In this document: positions 46,610-58,700 of the stretch, one piece after another | Position numbering within the stretch: position 1 is the stretch's first letter | Layout of the letters: each line of letters begins with the position of its first letter | Source: Carcharhinus longimanus | Lineage: Eukaryota | Assembly: GCA_030264375.1 (NCBI GenBank) | Contig: JASCQW010000162.1 | Span: 61,002,335-61,066,334 of the forward strand | Length of the DNA: 64,000 bases | Reading direction: 5' to 3' | Position numbers and translations under genes: made by a program | Notes under the pieces: generated by a model | What the model saw: the letters and a program-made list of their open reading frames with translations, nothing else | Database searches by the model: none | Told to the model about the DNA's origin: nothing

Positions 46610-48865
46610 TTTTTTATATTTTTCAAGAGATGTGGGTGTTGCTGATTAGACTAGCATTTATTGTCCAGCCCTAATTGCCCTTGAGAAGGTAGTGGTGAGC
46701 TGGCTTCTTGAGCTGCTGGAGCCCTGGTGGTATAGGTATACCCACAGTACTGTTGGAGGAGGAATTCAGGACTTTGACCTAGCAGCAGTGAAAGAATGGC
46801 AATATATTTCCAAGTAAGGATGGTGAGTGGCTTAGAAGGGTCTTCCAGGTGATGGTGTATCTGCTTATCCTTCTAAGTGGTAGTGGTCATGGGTTTGAAA
46901 CATGTTGTTGAAGGAGCTGATTTGCTGCAGTTCATCTTGCAGATAGTACACACTGCTGCCACTGTGCATCGGTGGTGGAGGGAGTGAATGTGGTGCCAAT
47001 CAAGTGGGTTGCTTTGTCCTGGATGGTGTCAAGCTTCTTGAGTGTTGGAGATGCATTCATCTAGGCAAGTGGAGAGCATTCCATCACACTGTGGACTGTG
47101 TTGACTTTGGGGAGTCAGGAGGTGAGTTACTTGCCACAGAATCCCTTGCCTCTGACCTGCTTTTTTAGGGCACAGTATTTATATGGCTAGTCCAGGTGAG
47201 TTTCTAATCAATGGTAACCCCCTGGATGCTGATTGTGGGGGATTCAGCAATAGTAATGACAAAGCATACCATTTAAAGAGAAGGAAACGAGAGAGTTCAG
47301 AATGTAGTGTTACAGTCATAGTTAGGGTGTAGAGAAAGATCAATTTAATGCAAGGTAAGTCCATGCAAAAGTCTGACAACAGCAGGGAAGAAACAGTTCT
47401 TGAGACGGTTGTACATGACTCTGACGGAAGATGGTGGAAGAGAGAATGTCTGGGGTGTGTGGAGTCCTTAATTATGCCAAAGCAGTGGGAAATGTAGACA
47501 GTGTCGATGGATGGGAGGCTGGTTTGCGTGATGGATTGGACTACGTTCACAACCTTTTGTAGTTCTTTGCGGTCTTGGGCAGAGCAGGAACCATACCGAG
47601 CTGTGACACAACCAGAAAGAATGCTTTCCATGGTGCATCTGTAAAAATTGGTGAGAATCGTAGTTGACATGTCAAATTTTCTTAGTCTTCTGAGAAAGTA
47701 GAGGCATTTGTGTGCTTTCTTAACTATAGTGTTGGCATAAGGGGACCAGGACGTTGGTGTTTCAGACACTAAAAACTTGAATGTCTCGATGCTTTCTACT
47801 TTGTCCCCATTGATGTAGAAAGTGGCATGTTCTCCTTTACGCTTCCTGAAGTTGATAACAGTCTCCTTCAATATGTTGACATTGAGGGATAGATTATTGT
47901 TGCCATGGCAGTTCACCAGATTCTTTAACTCATTCCTGTACTCTGTCTCATCATTGTTTGAGATCCAACCTACTTCAGTGATGTCGCCAGCTAAAATAGG
48001 GATGAGGAAAAATGTCTTCTGCCAAAAGGTAGTAAATTTATGGTATTCTTTACCATAGAGGGCTGTAAAGATTGTGTTGTTAAGTATGTTCCAGACTGAT
48101 ATAGACACAGTTTTAATCAGTAAAGGAATCAAATGTTATGGGATGAGGCAAGAAAGCAGAGTAGAGGATTTTCACATCAGATCAGTCATAATCTCATTGA
48201 ATGGCAGAGTGGGTTTGATGGGTCAAATGGTCCACTTCTGCTCCTATGTCTTCTGGTCTTTGGTCTGAGATGACTGACCACTAACAACCACAATCATCTC
48301 CTTTCTGCTAAGAAGGACTCCAACCATCAGAGAGGTTTCCCCTTTCCTCACTAGTTCCAGTTTTGCTTAGGTTCCTTCATGCCACACTCGGTCAATATGG
48401 CCTTCAAGTCAAGGGAAATCACTCGAGAGTTCAGCCCTTTTTCCACGTTTGAATGAAAGCTGTAATGAGGTCAAGAGCTAAGTAGACCTGGTGGAATCCA
48501 AATTAAGCATCAGTGAGCAGGTGATTCCTAAGCAAATGCTATTTGATGATCCCTTTCATCACTTTACTGATGATCGAGAGACAATAATTGACCAGGTTAG
48601 AGTTGAGTTGCTTTCTGTGTATAGGACATACCTGGGCATTTTTCCACATTGTTGGGTAGATGCACTGGAATAGTTCGTTTAGAGATGTGATAAGTTCTGG
48701 AGCAGAAGCTTTCAGTACTATTGCTGGAATATTGGCAGGGCCCATAGCCTTTGCAGCATCCAGTACCTTCAGCCATTTCTTGATATCATGTGGAGTGAAT
48801 CAAATTTGCTGAAGATTGACATCTGTGATGCTGGGGAGTTCCAGAGGAGGTCGAGATGGATCATC
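46610..48865 (-). mobile_element. Old CR1/L2-group LINE interrupted by younger insertions
   Basis: Tail at 46610-47260; RT peptide GPANIPAIVLKASAPEL...WKNAQVCPIH (ORF 48539-48745). Confidence 0.75.
47262..47990 (-). mobile_element. Rex1/Babar-clade LINE 3' fragment (source of the 317-aa ORF)
   Basis: [14 protein letters not shown]...[17 protein letters not shown]...FYRCTMESILSGCVTARYG. Confidence 0.9.
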
Positions 48866-48889
48866 CAGATCAGTAAGGACGTATGATCA

Positions 48890-51030
48890 GTGAGGGGAGA
48901 TTTCAGCCTGAGTGAGACAGAGACTGAGTGAGTATATTTGGGGAATTTGGTTCAAAGTGGAAGTTTGGTATATAGGAGGCAAGGAGTGCTTTAGATAAGT
49001 TTGCTGCAGAAAGTGTGATTAAGATAAGAGTGCTGGGAGATGGGTAATTAAGGAAAGAAGGGAAGGAGATATTCTTTTTCTTTTTCTTTTCTAACTTTCT
49101 CAGCTTTCAGAAAATGGCCTTAGCCTGCTACAGCAGAAGAAGCTGGTTATTTGGTGAGGATCTGATAAGTGACTACAGTTTAGTCCATTCCTAAGCTTTC
49201 AAGTAGTCTTGCAACTGGTGGTATGGAAATTAAATATTAAATATAAAATTGAATAAAATAATTAAATAGTTAATTGGCCTGCATTAACAGGTGATGTGTT
49301 ACAGCTGCAGCATGTGGGTACTCCTGGATGCCCATTTAATCCGTGACGAACACATCTACAGTAAATGTTAAGTTCAAGCAGCTTTGGCTCAGACTTCATG
49401 AGCTAGAGGTTGAAGTGCTGACACTGTGACATGTCAGGGAGGAGGGAGGTTACCTGGATTCTTTGTATCAAGAGGCAGTCACAACTCTTAGGACAGGATC
49501 TTTTGATTTGGTCTGTTTTCAGGGACAGTAGGACGTGAGTGCAGGTGAGACAGTTAAGGGACAGGAGTACAGGAGTCTCAGCCTTTACAGTTGTCCAACA
49601 GGTTTGAGGTTTCTTCAGCTTGTTCGGGCGAGAGTGAGGGCTGCACATTGGATGAGCTAACTAACATGGCATTGTGGTACAGGAAGCTATTCAAGCAGGG
49701 GAGGGGAGGAATGAATGTATTACTAGTAGGTATAGTACAGTCAGAAAGATCTTTGTGCAAAGAGCATGAGTCCAGATGGCTGCGTTGTCTGCCCTGTTCA
49801 AGGGTTTGGGAATATCTACTCAGGGCTGTAGTGGCATGTGCATTGGGAGGGGGAGGACCCGTTGTTCCACTCCATGTATATACCAATGACATAGGCAGGT
49901 CAAAGAAGGAAGTTCTGCATAGTCAATATGAGAATCTTGGAACTAAAGTAAGAAGCAGAACGTCAAAGGTCATACTCTCTGAATTATTACCTGAGCCAAA
50001 TGCAAATTGGCCTATGACAAATCAGATTAGTGAAATGTAAGAGTGGCTTAAAGACTGGTGTGAGAGGAAAGGGTTCCAGTTTGTGGGGCACTAGCACCAA
50101 TACTGGGGAAAGTGGGATCTCTACCTTTGGGACAGTCTACACCTGAATCATGTTGGGACTTGTGTTCTTGCGGGCCATGTAACTGGGAAGTAGAGACAGT
50201 TTTAAACTAAATTATTTGAGCAAGGTTTCATATTTGGGAAGATCTGGTAAATCAAAGATCAGAGACAAGGCAAAAGAGAAAGGTGTTATTATGGGAAATG
50301 AAAAACAGACCATTACAGGAAGGGATAGAAAGTACAAATCTGACAGTAAATCAACAGATGAGATGAGAAAAAAAGATAAAAGGCTAAAACTAAAAGCTCT
50401 ATCTAAATGCACAAAGTGTTTGATACGAAACAGATTAACTGACAGCGCACGTTAAATTAAATAAGTACAATTTGATAGCCTTTATGGAGACCTGGCTGCA
50501 AGAGAACATAGATTGGGACCTAATTATTGAAAGGTACAGGATACTTAAGAACTACAGAAAGTGAAGAAAAAGTGGAGGGGTGATTCTGTCAGTCAACGAT
50601 GTTATTAGTACAATAGAGCGGGATAATTTAAGTTTGGGAAATCAGGATACGGAAATGGTTTGGGTAGAGATAAGAAATGGTAAAGGTAAGAAGTTATTTG
50701 TGGAAATTGTGTACAGGCCCCCACCTAACAGTAAGCACATCGTAGGGTAGAGCATAAAGGAAGAAATAATTGGAGCTTGTCAGAAAGGCACAGAGATCTT
50801 CATGGAAAATCTTAATTTTACATGAAGACTGGAAAAGTCAGATGGAGAAAGGTAGCCTAGATAAGGAGTTAATTGATTTATTTGGGATAGTTTCTTAGAA
50901 CAGCACATTCAGAGAGCAGGCCTGGTATTATGTAGCGAGATGGGGATAATTAACAGTCTCAGTGAAGACACCCCTTAATAGTCGTGAGCAAAATACGATT
51001 GAATTTTAATTACAGTTTGAGGAAGAGAGA
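48890..51030 (+). mobile_element. Decayed CR1 5' half: ORF1 (zinc finger/leucine zipper plus SGNH esterase) and start of the ORF2 AP endonuclease
   Basis: VMCYSCSMW at about 49291; SNRFEV...HVYTNDIGR...SKVILSELLPEP (ORF 49591-50040); LKALYLNA...ETWL...VYRPP remnants at 50390-50720. Confidence 0.8.
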
Positions 51031-52254
51031 CTATGACACTATGGGTGGGATTTTACGCCGTCGCTCCTCCTGAAACCGTAAAATCCTGCCCAAGATTAAA
51101 GGATCTTTCCATGATCTGCCCCTTGCTCACACCGATTCCCATGGCAGGTGGGACTGGTTGGAGTGATGTTGCAGTATTGAAAGAATGGATGAGGGATCTA
51201 GGAGAGGACATAGGGTGTGGTTGAGGGTGTGGAGAGTAAAGTGGAAAGGGCCATGTGTCCTGGGTGTGGTGTAGGTCTGGTGGGAACAATCAGTTAAGAA
51301 AATTAAGAGCCTAAAGGCTGGTATCATACAGGCCACATGTGAATCCTTCTCTGGGTATTGGTTGGCAGTGTCCATACAGGATTTTGAGTTATTTTAATTA
51401 ACCCTGTTGAGAGTGTCCTTAGACGTCATCCAAGTCATTTATAAAAATTGTAAAGAGTTGATGTCCCGATACTGATCCCTGTAATTCGTTGCTGTTCCTT
51501 ATATCCTGTTCAATCTTTGGACCTGCCACCTGTCTTTGCACGATCAAATGTTTTTCGTTAAGTTTGATACTAAATTTAATCTTTTTAGTTAACCATGGAT
51601 GGTGGGTCCGTCTCTAAGTCTTTTCCTTACTTGTTGGAATGTATCTCTTCTGTCTGAAGTATCCCATCAAATATTTGCCACTGCATTTCTGTTGACCTCT
51701 CCCTTAACCTAATTTGCCAATTCACTTCAACCATCTCAGCATTACTGTCCTCATGATTGCCCAGAATTAAGTTTAAAAACACAGGCTGGCCCTGCCGGTC
51801 TCACCAATGACTCATCCTTCCTGGTTCCTAGCCTCCATGCAAGCTGCTAATCTCCTGCTCCCCTCTGTTGAGTTAAACAAGGGATAAAATGATTTAATCT
51901 ATCAAATGATTGAAAATTCTAAATATCTTTATCAAATTCTTTATCAAATTTCTCCTTGACATCCTTTGCTGTAGAGGGAAGAAGTCCAGTTGCTCTTGTC
52001 TCTCTGTATAACTCGAGCTTTACTCTAGTAAATCCCCTTTGTACTCTCTCTCTAAAGCTTTGACAGCTTTAACAGAGTGCCCAGACTTTGCCACAATTTT
52101 CCAGTTAGGAGCTAACCACTATTTCAAAAAGATTAAGCCTGTCCCACCCACTTTTGTAATCTATGCTTTAGTCATAAAACCAAAGATCCATCTGCTTTTG
52201 AATAGCTTTCTCACATTGTCCTGCCATCTTCAAAGATCTGTCTATATATTTGTA

Positions 52255-52545
52255 TTTGAGTCAGAGTGTGAAAGGATAGTGTTTGACCCGATGTCCCACC
52301 CAGTCCCAGAGTGTGAAAGACCTGTGCCTGACCCACTGTCCTCTCCAGTCCCAGAGACTGAATAGACAGTGTCTGACCCACTGTGCTCTAGTTCCAGAGT
52401 GCGAAAGGAAGTCTCTGACCCACTGTCCTCTCTAGTCCCAGAGAGCAAAAGCATAGTGTCTGACCCACTGCCCCTGCAGTCCCAGAAAGTGAAAGGCCTG
52501 TGCCTGACCCACTGTCCTCTCCAGTCCCAGAATGTGAAAGGAATT
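52255..52545. repeat. Minisatellite of ~42-45-nt units (TGTCTGACCCACTGTCCTCTCCAGTCCCAGAG...AAAGG) just upstream of the SAG first coding exon
   Basis: About 6-7 imperfect copies read directly. Confidence 0.85.
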
Positions 52546-52699
52546 AATCAGTGCATAATCCTGGTTCCTTGCTTGGATGTTCTTTTTATTATCCTGCTGT
52601 ATATGAAAGATCCTATATTTGAGGAGTTGATCAAGATTTTTTTTTGCCTTTTCTTCCACCCAGGTCCCACATTTACCATACAGTAACATTGCACAAAGG

Positions 52700-52753
52700 A
52701 TGAGTGCCAACAAGAAAAATATTGTCTACAAAAAACTCTCTCGTGACAAAGCG
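52700..52753 (+). CDS. SAG: SAG first coding exon ([18 protein letters not shown]); exon starts at 52664 with 5'UTR
   Basis: Acceptor ttcttccacccAG ending at 52663; VxKKxSRDK arrestin phosphate-binding motif; donor GCG|GTTTGT. Confidence 0.9.
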
Positions 52754-55700
52754 GTTTGTACTTTTTCTTCTTTTCTTCCTTGCCTCTTTTTTTCTAAGAA
52801 CACAAGCAAACAGAACAAGAAAAGTTTTTGCTGTGCATACAAGCTCTATACAATCTACCATGCTATGGAACCTAACCACAGAATACAATACAAGGAGAAT
52901 CAATAATTTCAGACTGATTAAAAAGAAAACACTGGTTGGCAAGTGGAATCTGGTAGAGGGATTACAATGGAGAATGCACAATTTGATGGTGACTGACAGT
53001 TTAAATGCCAAGCATTGTTTGAAATTTAAACCAGACAGCTTGCCCATTGTGAATTATTTATTTATAAAATTACAGACTGTACCCAACCAGTCTGTAGTTG
53101 CAAAATGCAAATCATAGCATCCATAATTATATGTGATTCCAAGATTGGACAACATTTGGTAAACAATCTTCTGTCTGCTAAGAAAAATGCTGACGACCAA
53201 TTTAAAAGTCAGTCAGGCTCATAGCATGGTCATTTGCATGTACAGGGAGCTGCATATATTACATAGTGCCCTGTTCTGTGCATTCAGAAAGAACATGCAC
53301 ACACATTGCACCTGTTTCAGCTAAACAAAATAAGTGACAACCATTCACTGGTTCATTCCTCAGAGCAATGCCTTGACCAATTAGAGTCAGGACATGCCAG
53401 GGCCTGCAGCACCGGGCACCCCAACTCCAGGAACACTGGGCACCCCAGAATTCTCAGGAACAGCTTGAGGAAAAAGACCATAGATTCACCTTCTGCTATC
53501 TTCATAGTTGCATGATGCAGAGAGAATTGATTAACTAATTAAGATAATTATTTTCAGTGAATTAGTTCACAAAGACTAAGACATGAGACATAGAAAACTG
53601 CTATGTTGGAAAGCAAAAGTCTAAATTCACTTGCTTCTCCTGAGCACTTATCATTAGTTGTGCCTCAAATTATTCATATATTGTAACCCAGAGTATAATT
53701 TTACTACACAAATTGTTCTAAATTGCCTTTGAATCAATCACTGTGTTAACTGATACCTTCTTCTCCATGCGTAATCTATCCATCAATTGATCACACACTC
53801 AATAAAGTAATATTCCCAGAGAATAAGATTCTCACCTCCTCAAATGTAGGCCATGTCCTCCAGTTCTCAGTGCTATTCTCAGTATATTTGCTTCCTCCTT
53901 CCAAAACATTAATATATATTGTAAACAGTTGCGCTTCCAGCATTGATCCCTGTGGAAGCCTACTAGTTACAGGTTGCCAACTTGAAAAAAAATCCCCTGA
54001 CCCCCACTTGCTGTTTCCTGCCCTTTAGCCAATTCTCTATCCATGCAAATATACTACTTCCAACATAGGAGCTCTTATCTTGTGACTTAACCTTTTGTGA
54101 GGTACTTTGCCAAACACATTCTGGGAGTCCCAATACAACACAATTACTGATTCCCCTCTATCCATTCTGGTTGAGACTTACTTGAAAAGCTAATGAATTA
54201 GTCTCCCTTTCATGAAGCCATGCTGATTCTGCTTCAATAGGTTATGAATTTCCAAATGTGCTGCTACTACATCCACAATAATTGATTCTAATATTTTTGC
54301 AACATTGGATGTTAGGCTAAACAGTCTTTGTCATCCACTTTTTGATTTCCTCTGTTTTTGAGTAGGAGTGTCACATTTGCAGTTTTTCAATTGTCCAGCA
54401 CTTCTCCAGAATCCAAAGAATTTTAGAAAATTACAACCACTATTACTGTAGCTACTTCTTTTAGGAACCAAGACTGCCATCAGGGCCAGGGAACTTATCT
54501 GCTTTTAGCCCCATTAGTTTATCTAATACTACTCTATACTGTTCTCATCTCAACACTCTAGTTTTAAACACTTTCTTTACACCACTTATTTTAAAATCTG
54601 TACAGTCTCTCTCTCTCTCTCTGGATCCTGAACTTCATAACTCACAGACTACAATCAGTAAGGATAGGCAACAACACCACCTCCACAATCATCCTCAACA
54701 CTGATGCCCCACAAGGCTGTGTTCTCAGCCCCCTACTATAATCCTTATACACCTATGACTATGTGGCCAAATTCCCCTCCAAGTCAATTTTCAAGTTTGC
54801 TGACGACACCACTGTCATGGGTTGGATTTCAAACAATGACGAGACAGAGTACAGGAATGAGATAGAGAATCTGGTGAACTGGTGCGACAACAATAATCTC
54901 TCCATCAATATCAACAAAATGAAGGAGATAGTCATCAACTCCAGAAAGCGTAAAGGAGGACATGCCCCTGTCTACATCAATGGGGACGAAGTAGGAAGGG
55001 TCGAGAACTTCAAGTTTTTAAATGTCCTGATCACCAACAACTTACTCTGGACCTCCATACTGACACTAAATTTGGCATGTCAGCTATGACTCTCACCAAT
55101 CTTTACAGAAGCACCATAGAAAGCATTCTTTCTGGTTGTATCACAGCTTGGTATGGCTCCTGCTCTGTCCAATACCACAAGAAACTACAAAAGGTCGTGA
55201 ATGTAGCCCAAGCCATCACGCAAACCAGCCTCCCTTCCAATGACTCTGTCTACACCTTCTGCTGCCTCAACAAAGCAGCTGGCATAATCAAGGACCCCAC
55301 GCACCCAGACGTTCTCTCTTCCACATTTAGATACAAAAGTCTGAGGTCATGTACCGTCCAACTTAAGTACAGCTTCTTCCCTGCTGCTTTCAGACTTTTG
55401 AATGGACTTACCTTGCATTAAGTTGACCCTTCTCTACACTCTTGCTATGACTGTAACACAATATTCTGCACTCTCTCGTTTCCTTCTCTATGAACGGTAT
55501 GTTTTGTCTGTATAGCGCGCAAGAAACAATACTTTTCACTGTATGTTAATACATGTGATAATATTAAATCAAATCAAAAGTATGCATTTCTGTGTCATTC
55601 TGAGATGTTCCAACTGGGAATGTTCAGGATCGACTGTGAATTCCATTGTATTGGAAAGGATTTACATTATTAGCAGTTTGATAAACAGAAATATTAAACG

Positions 55701-58700
55701 TTATTAAGGACACAATTATGACATTCAACAAAGAAAGAAAACAGGTAGGTCACATCCAAAATCGACAAGGCAGCATTACAGAGGGAGTGCTGTTCTGTCA
55801 GATGCACTGTCTCTTGGTTGAGATGTTAAGCCCAGGCCCTGTCTGCCAGCTGGGATAGATATAAAACATTCAGTGACACCATTTCTTGTTGACAAGAATG
55901 TTGCCAGGGCTGGAAAAGTGTAGCTACGAAGAGAGATTGGATTGGTCGAGGTTATTTTCCTTAGAACAAAGAAGGCTGAGGGGTGACTTAATAGAGGTGT
56001 ACAAAATAGAGTGGACAGAAAAAGTTGTTTGCCTTGATGGAGAATTCTTGGACCAGGGGACATGGATTCAAGATGTGACTATAGGTGTAGAGGGAACATG
56101 AGAAAGAACTTTTTACACAGGGGGTGTCTGGAATTCGCTGTTGGAGTTGGTGTGGAGGCAGAGACCCTAAACTCTTTTTAAAACTACCTGGATCTGCACC
56201 TTAAGTGCTGTAAGCTACAGGACTCTGGGCTGGGTGCAGGAAGGTGAGATTAGAAAGGGCACCTGGGTGTCCTTGGGCTGGCATGGATAAGATAGGCCAA
56301 ATGGCCTCTTCCCATGCTGTAACTTTTCTGTGGTTCTAAGAACAGGGAAGTTCTACCCTGGCACCCTGGCCAATATATCTTTCTCGATTAACTTCAATCA
56401 GATATGATGCCTTTGATCCGCATGGCGAATATTTGGTACAGGATGACTCCTGAACGAAGGCAGTCTCTTCAGCTGATGCACTCAGACCTTGCTGGACTCT
56501 ATGTGAATGCAGCCAGATCCACTTTCCCACACTGCTGCCTCACAGCATCAGGGACCTGGGTTCAATTCCTGGCTTGAGTCACTGTCTATATGGCGTCTGC
56601 ATGGGTTTCCTCTCACAGTCTGAAAGACATGCTGGTTAGGTGTATTGGCCATGTGAAATTCTCCCTCATTGGACCTGAACAAGTATTGGAATGTGGCGAC
56701 CAGGAGATTTTCACAGTAGCTTCATTGCGGTGTGAATGTAAGACCACTTGTGACACTAATAAATAAATACAAAATCTTACCTCATGATATTTGTAGAATC
56801 TTCTGCTTCAGGATTCAGGCAGTTTTTGTCTGCCAAAATCAAACAGGCATCTGCGATGTCCGGCTACAATGAGAATAAGAAAGAACTTATTCGTAATGAA
56901 TGAATGGCAAACACAGAAGTCATGATGTGGGTATGCCGGCGTTGGACTGGCGTAAACACAGTAAAAAGTCTGACAACACCAGGTTTTANNNNNNNNNNNN
57001 NNNNNNNNNNNNNNNNNNNNNNNNNNNNNNNNNNNNNNNNNNNNNNNNNNNNNNNNNNNNNNNNNNNNNNNNNNNNNNNNNNNNNNNNGACGAAGTAGAA
57101 AGGGTTGAGAGTTTCAAGTTTTTAGATGTCCAGATCACCAACAACTTGTTCTGGTCTCCCCTGCCAATACCTCTACTTTCTCAGAAGACTAAGGAAATTT
57201 GGATGTAAGCTATGACTCTCACCAACTTTTAAAGATGCACCATAGAAAGCATTCTTTCTGTTTGTATCACAACTTGGTATGGCTCCTGCTCTATCAGAGA
57301 CCACAAGGAACGACAAAATATCGTGAACGTAGTCTAATCCATCACGCAAACCAGCCTCCCATCTATTGACTCTGTCTACACTTCCTGCTACCTCGGCAAA
57401 GCAGCCAGCATAATTAAGGACCCCACACTCTCCAGACATTCTCTTTTCCATGTTCTTCCGTCGGGAAAAAGATACAAAAGTCTGAGGTTGTGTACCAACC
57501 CACTCAAGAACAGCTTTTTCCCTGCTGCTGTCAGACTTTTGAATGGACCTACCTTGCATTAAGTTGATCTTTCTTTATACGCTAGCTATGACTGTAACAC
57601 TACATACTGCACTGTCTCGTTACCTTCTCTATGAACGATATGCTTTGTCTGTATAGCATGCAAGAAACAATACTTTTCACTGTTAATACATGTGACAATA
57701 ATAATTCAAATCTAAATCTCTAATCCAATTATTGTAAACTCTACATTGTCCCTATCTCTCTATTTGTTACTTTAAACTCCACACTGTCGCCATCTCAACA
57801 CTCCAGTTTTAAACTCTACACTGTTCCTATTTCGCTACGTGAATTACTTTAAAATCTACACTGTTCCTCTGTCTCTTTCATCCAATTGTTGTAACCGCTA
57901 CAGTCTCCTCACCTCTATACTCCAGTTATTTTAAACTCTACAATACCCCTATCTCCACACTCCAATTATTTTAAACTCCACACTGTGCCCCTATCTCTAT
58001 ACTCCAGTTGTTTTAAACTCTGCACTGTCCCTATTTCCTTATTAATTTAAACTCTCTAATGTGTTTTTTGATCCTTTACTAAATTGACTTCCTAAATTTT
58101 GTTGACATGGTTTATTTTTCTGCTATTTTCTGTTTGGATTACTTGACAGCAGGTTAATGGATGCATTCATTTAATGGAAAAAATATAGCAAGAAATTGTC
58201 TTATAATATTGCCAATCATTTCTAACTACTCTATCTGCTTTAATTATTTTATAGATTGCCACGTATTTAAGCAAAAGAGATTTTGTGGATCATGGTAGCC
58301 ATACTGACCTTGTGGGTAAGTGAATCACTGTCTGGTCTTTCCTGTTCCACAATAACATGGTAATTTATCATTTTCTTCCACTTTTAACCCCATCAAAATA
58401 TTAGGAAGAGTTCCTACTGCACGAATCCAATCTGTCTTCCTGCTCTCAGATCTCACTCCAGGCTGAGAGTGCCATAGACCGCCTGGAAAATTTAATTCTA
58501 TGGGGTAGTGTTCATCACTCTGGTGTCTGACTCTGGGGTAGTGCCCCTCACTCTGGGGTCCGACCATGGGGTAGTGTTCATCACTCTGGTGTCTGACTCT
58601 GTGGGGTAGTGTCCCTCACTCTGGGGTCCGACCATGGGGTAGTGTTCATCACTCTGGTGTCTGACTCTGTGGGGTAGTGCCCCTCACTCTGGTGTCTGAC

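Noticed and set aside
47179-48132. Longest ORF (317 aa) as a host gene
   Set aside because: It is the C-terminal RT region of a truncated Rex-Babar LINE with chimeric ends; three more copies occur in the window.
49591-50040. 149-aa ORF as an esterase gene
   Set aside because: Decayed CR1 ORF1 esterase domain surrounded by stops and frameshifts.
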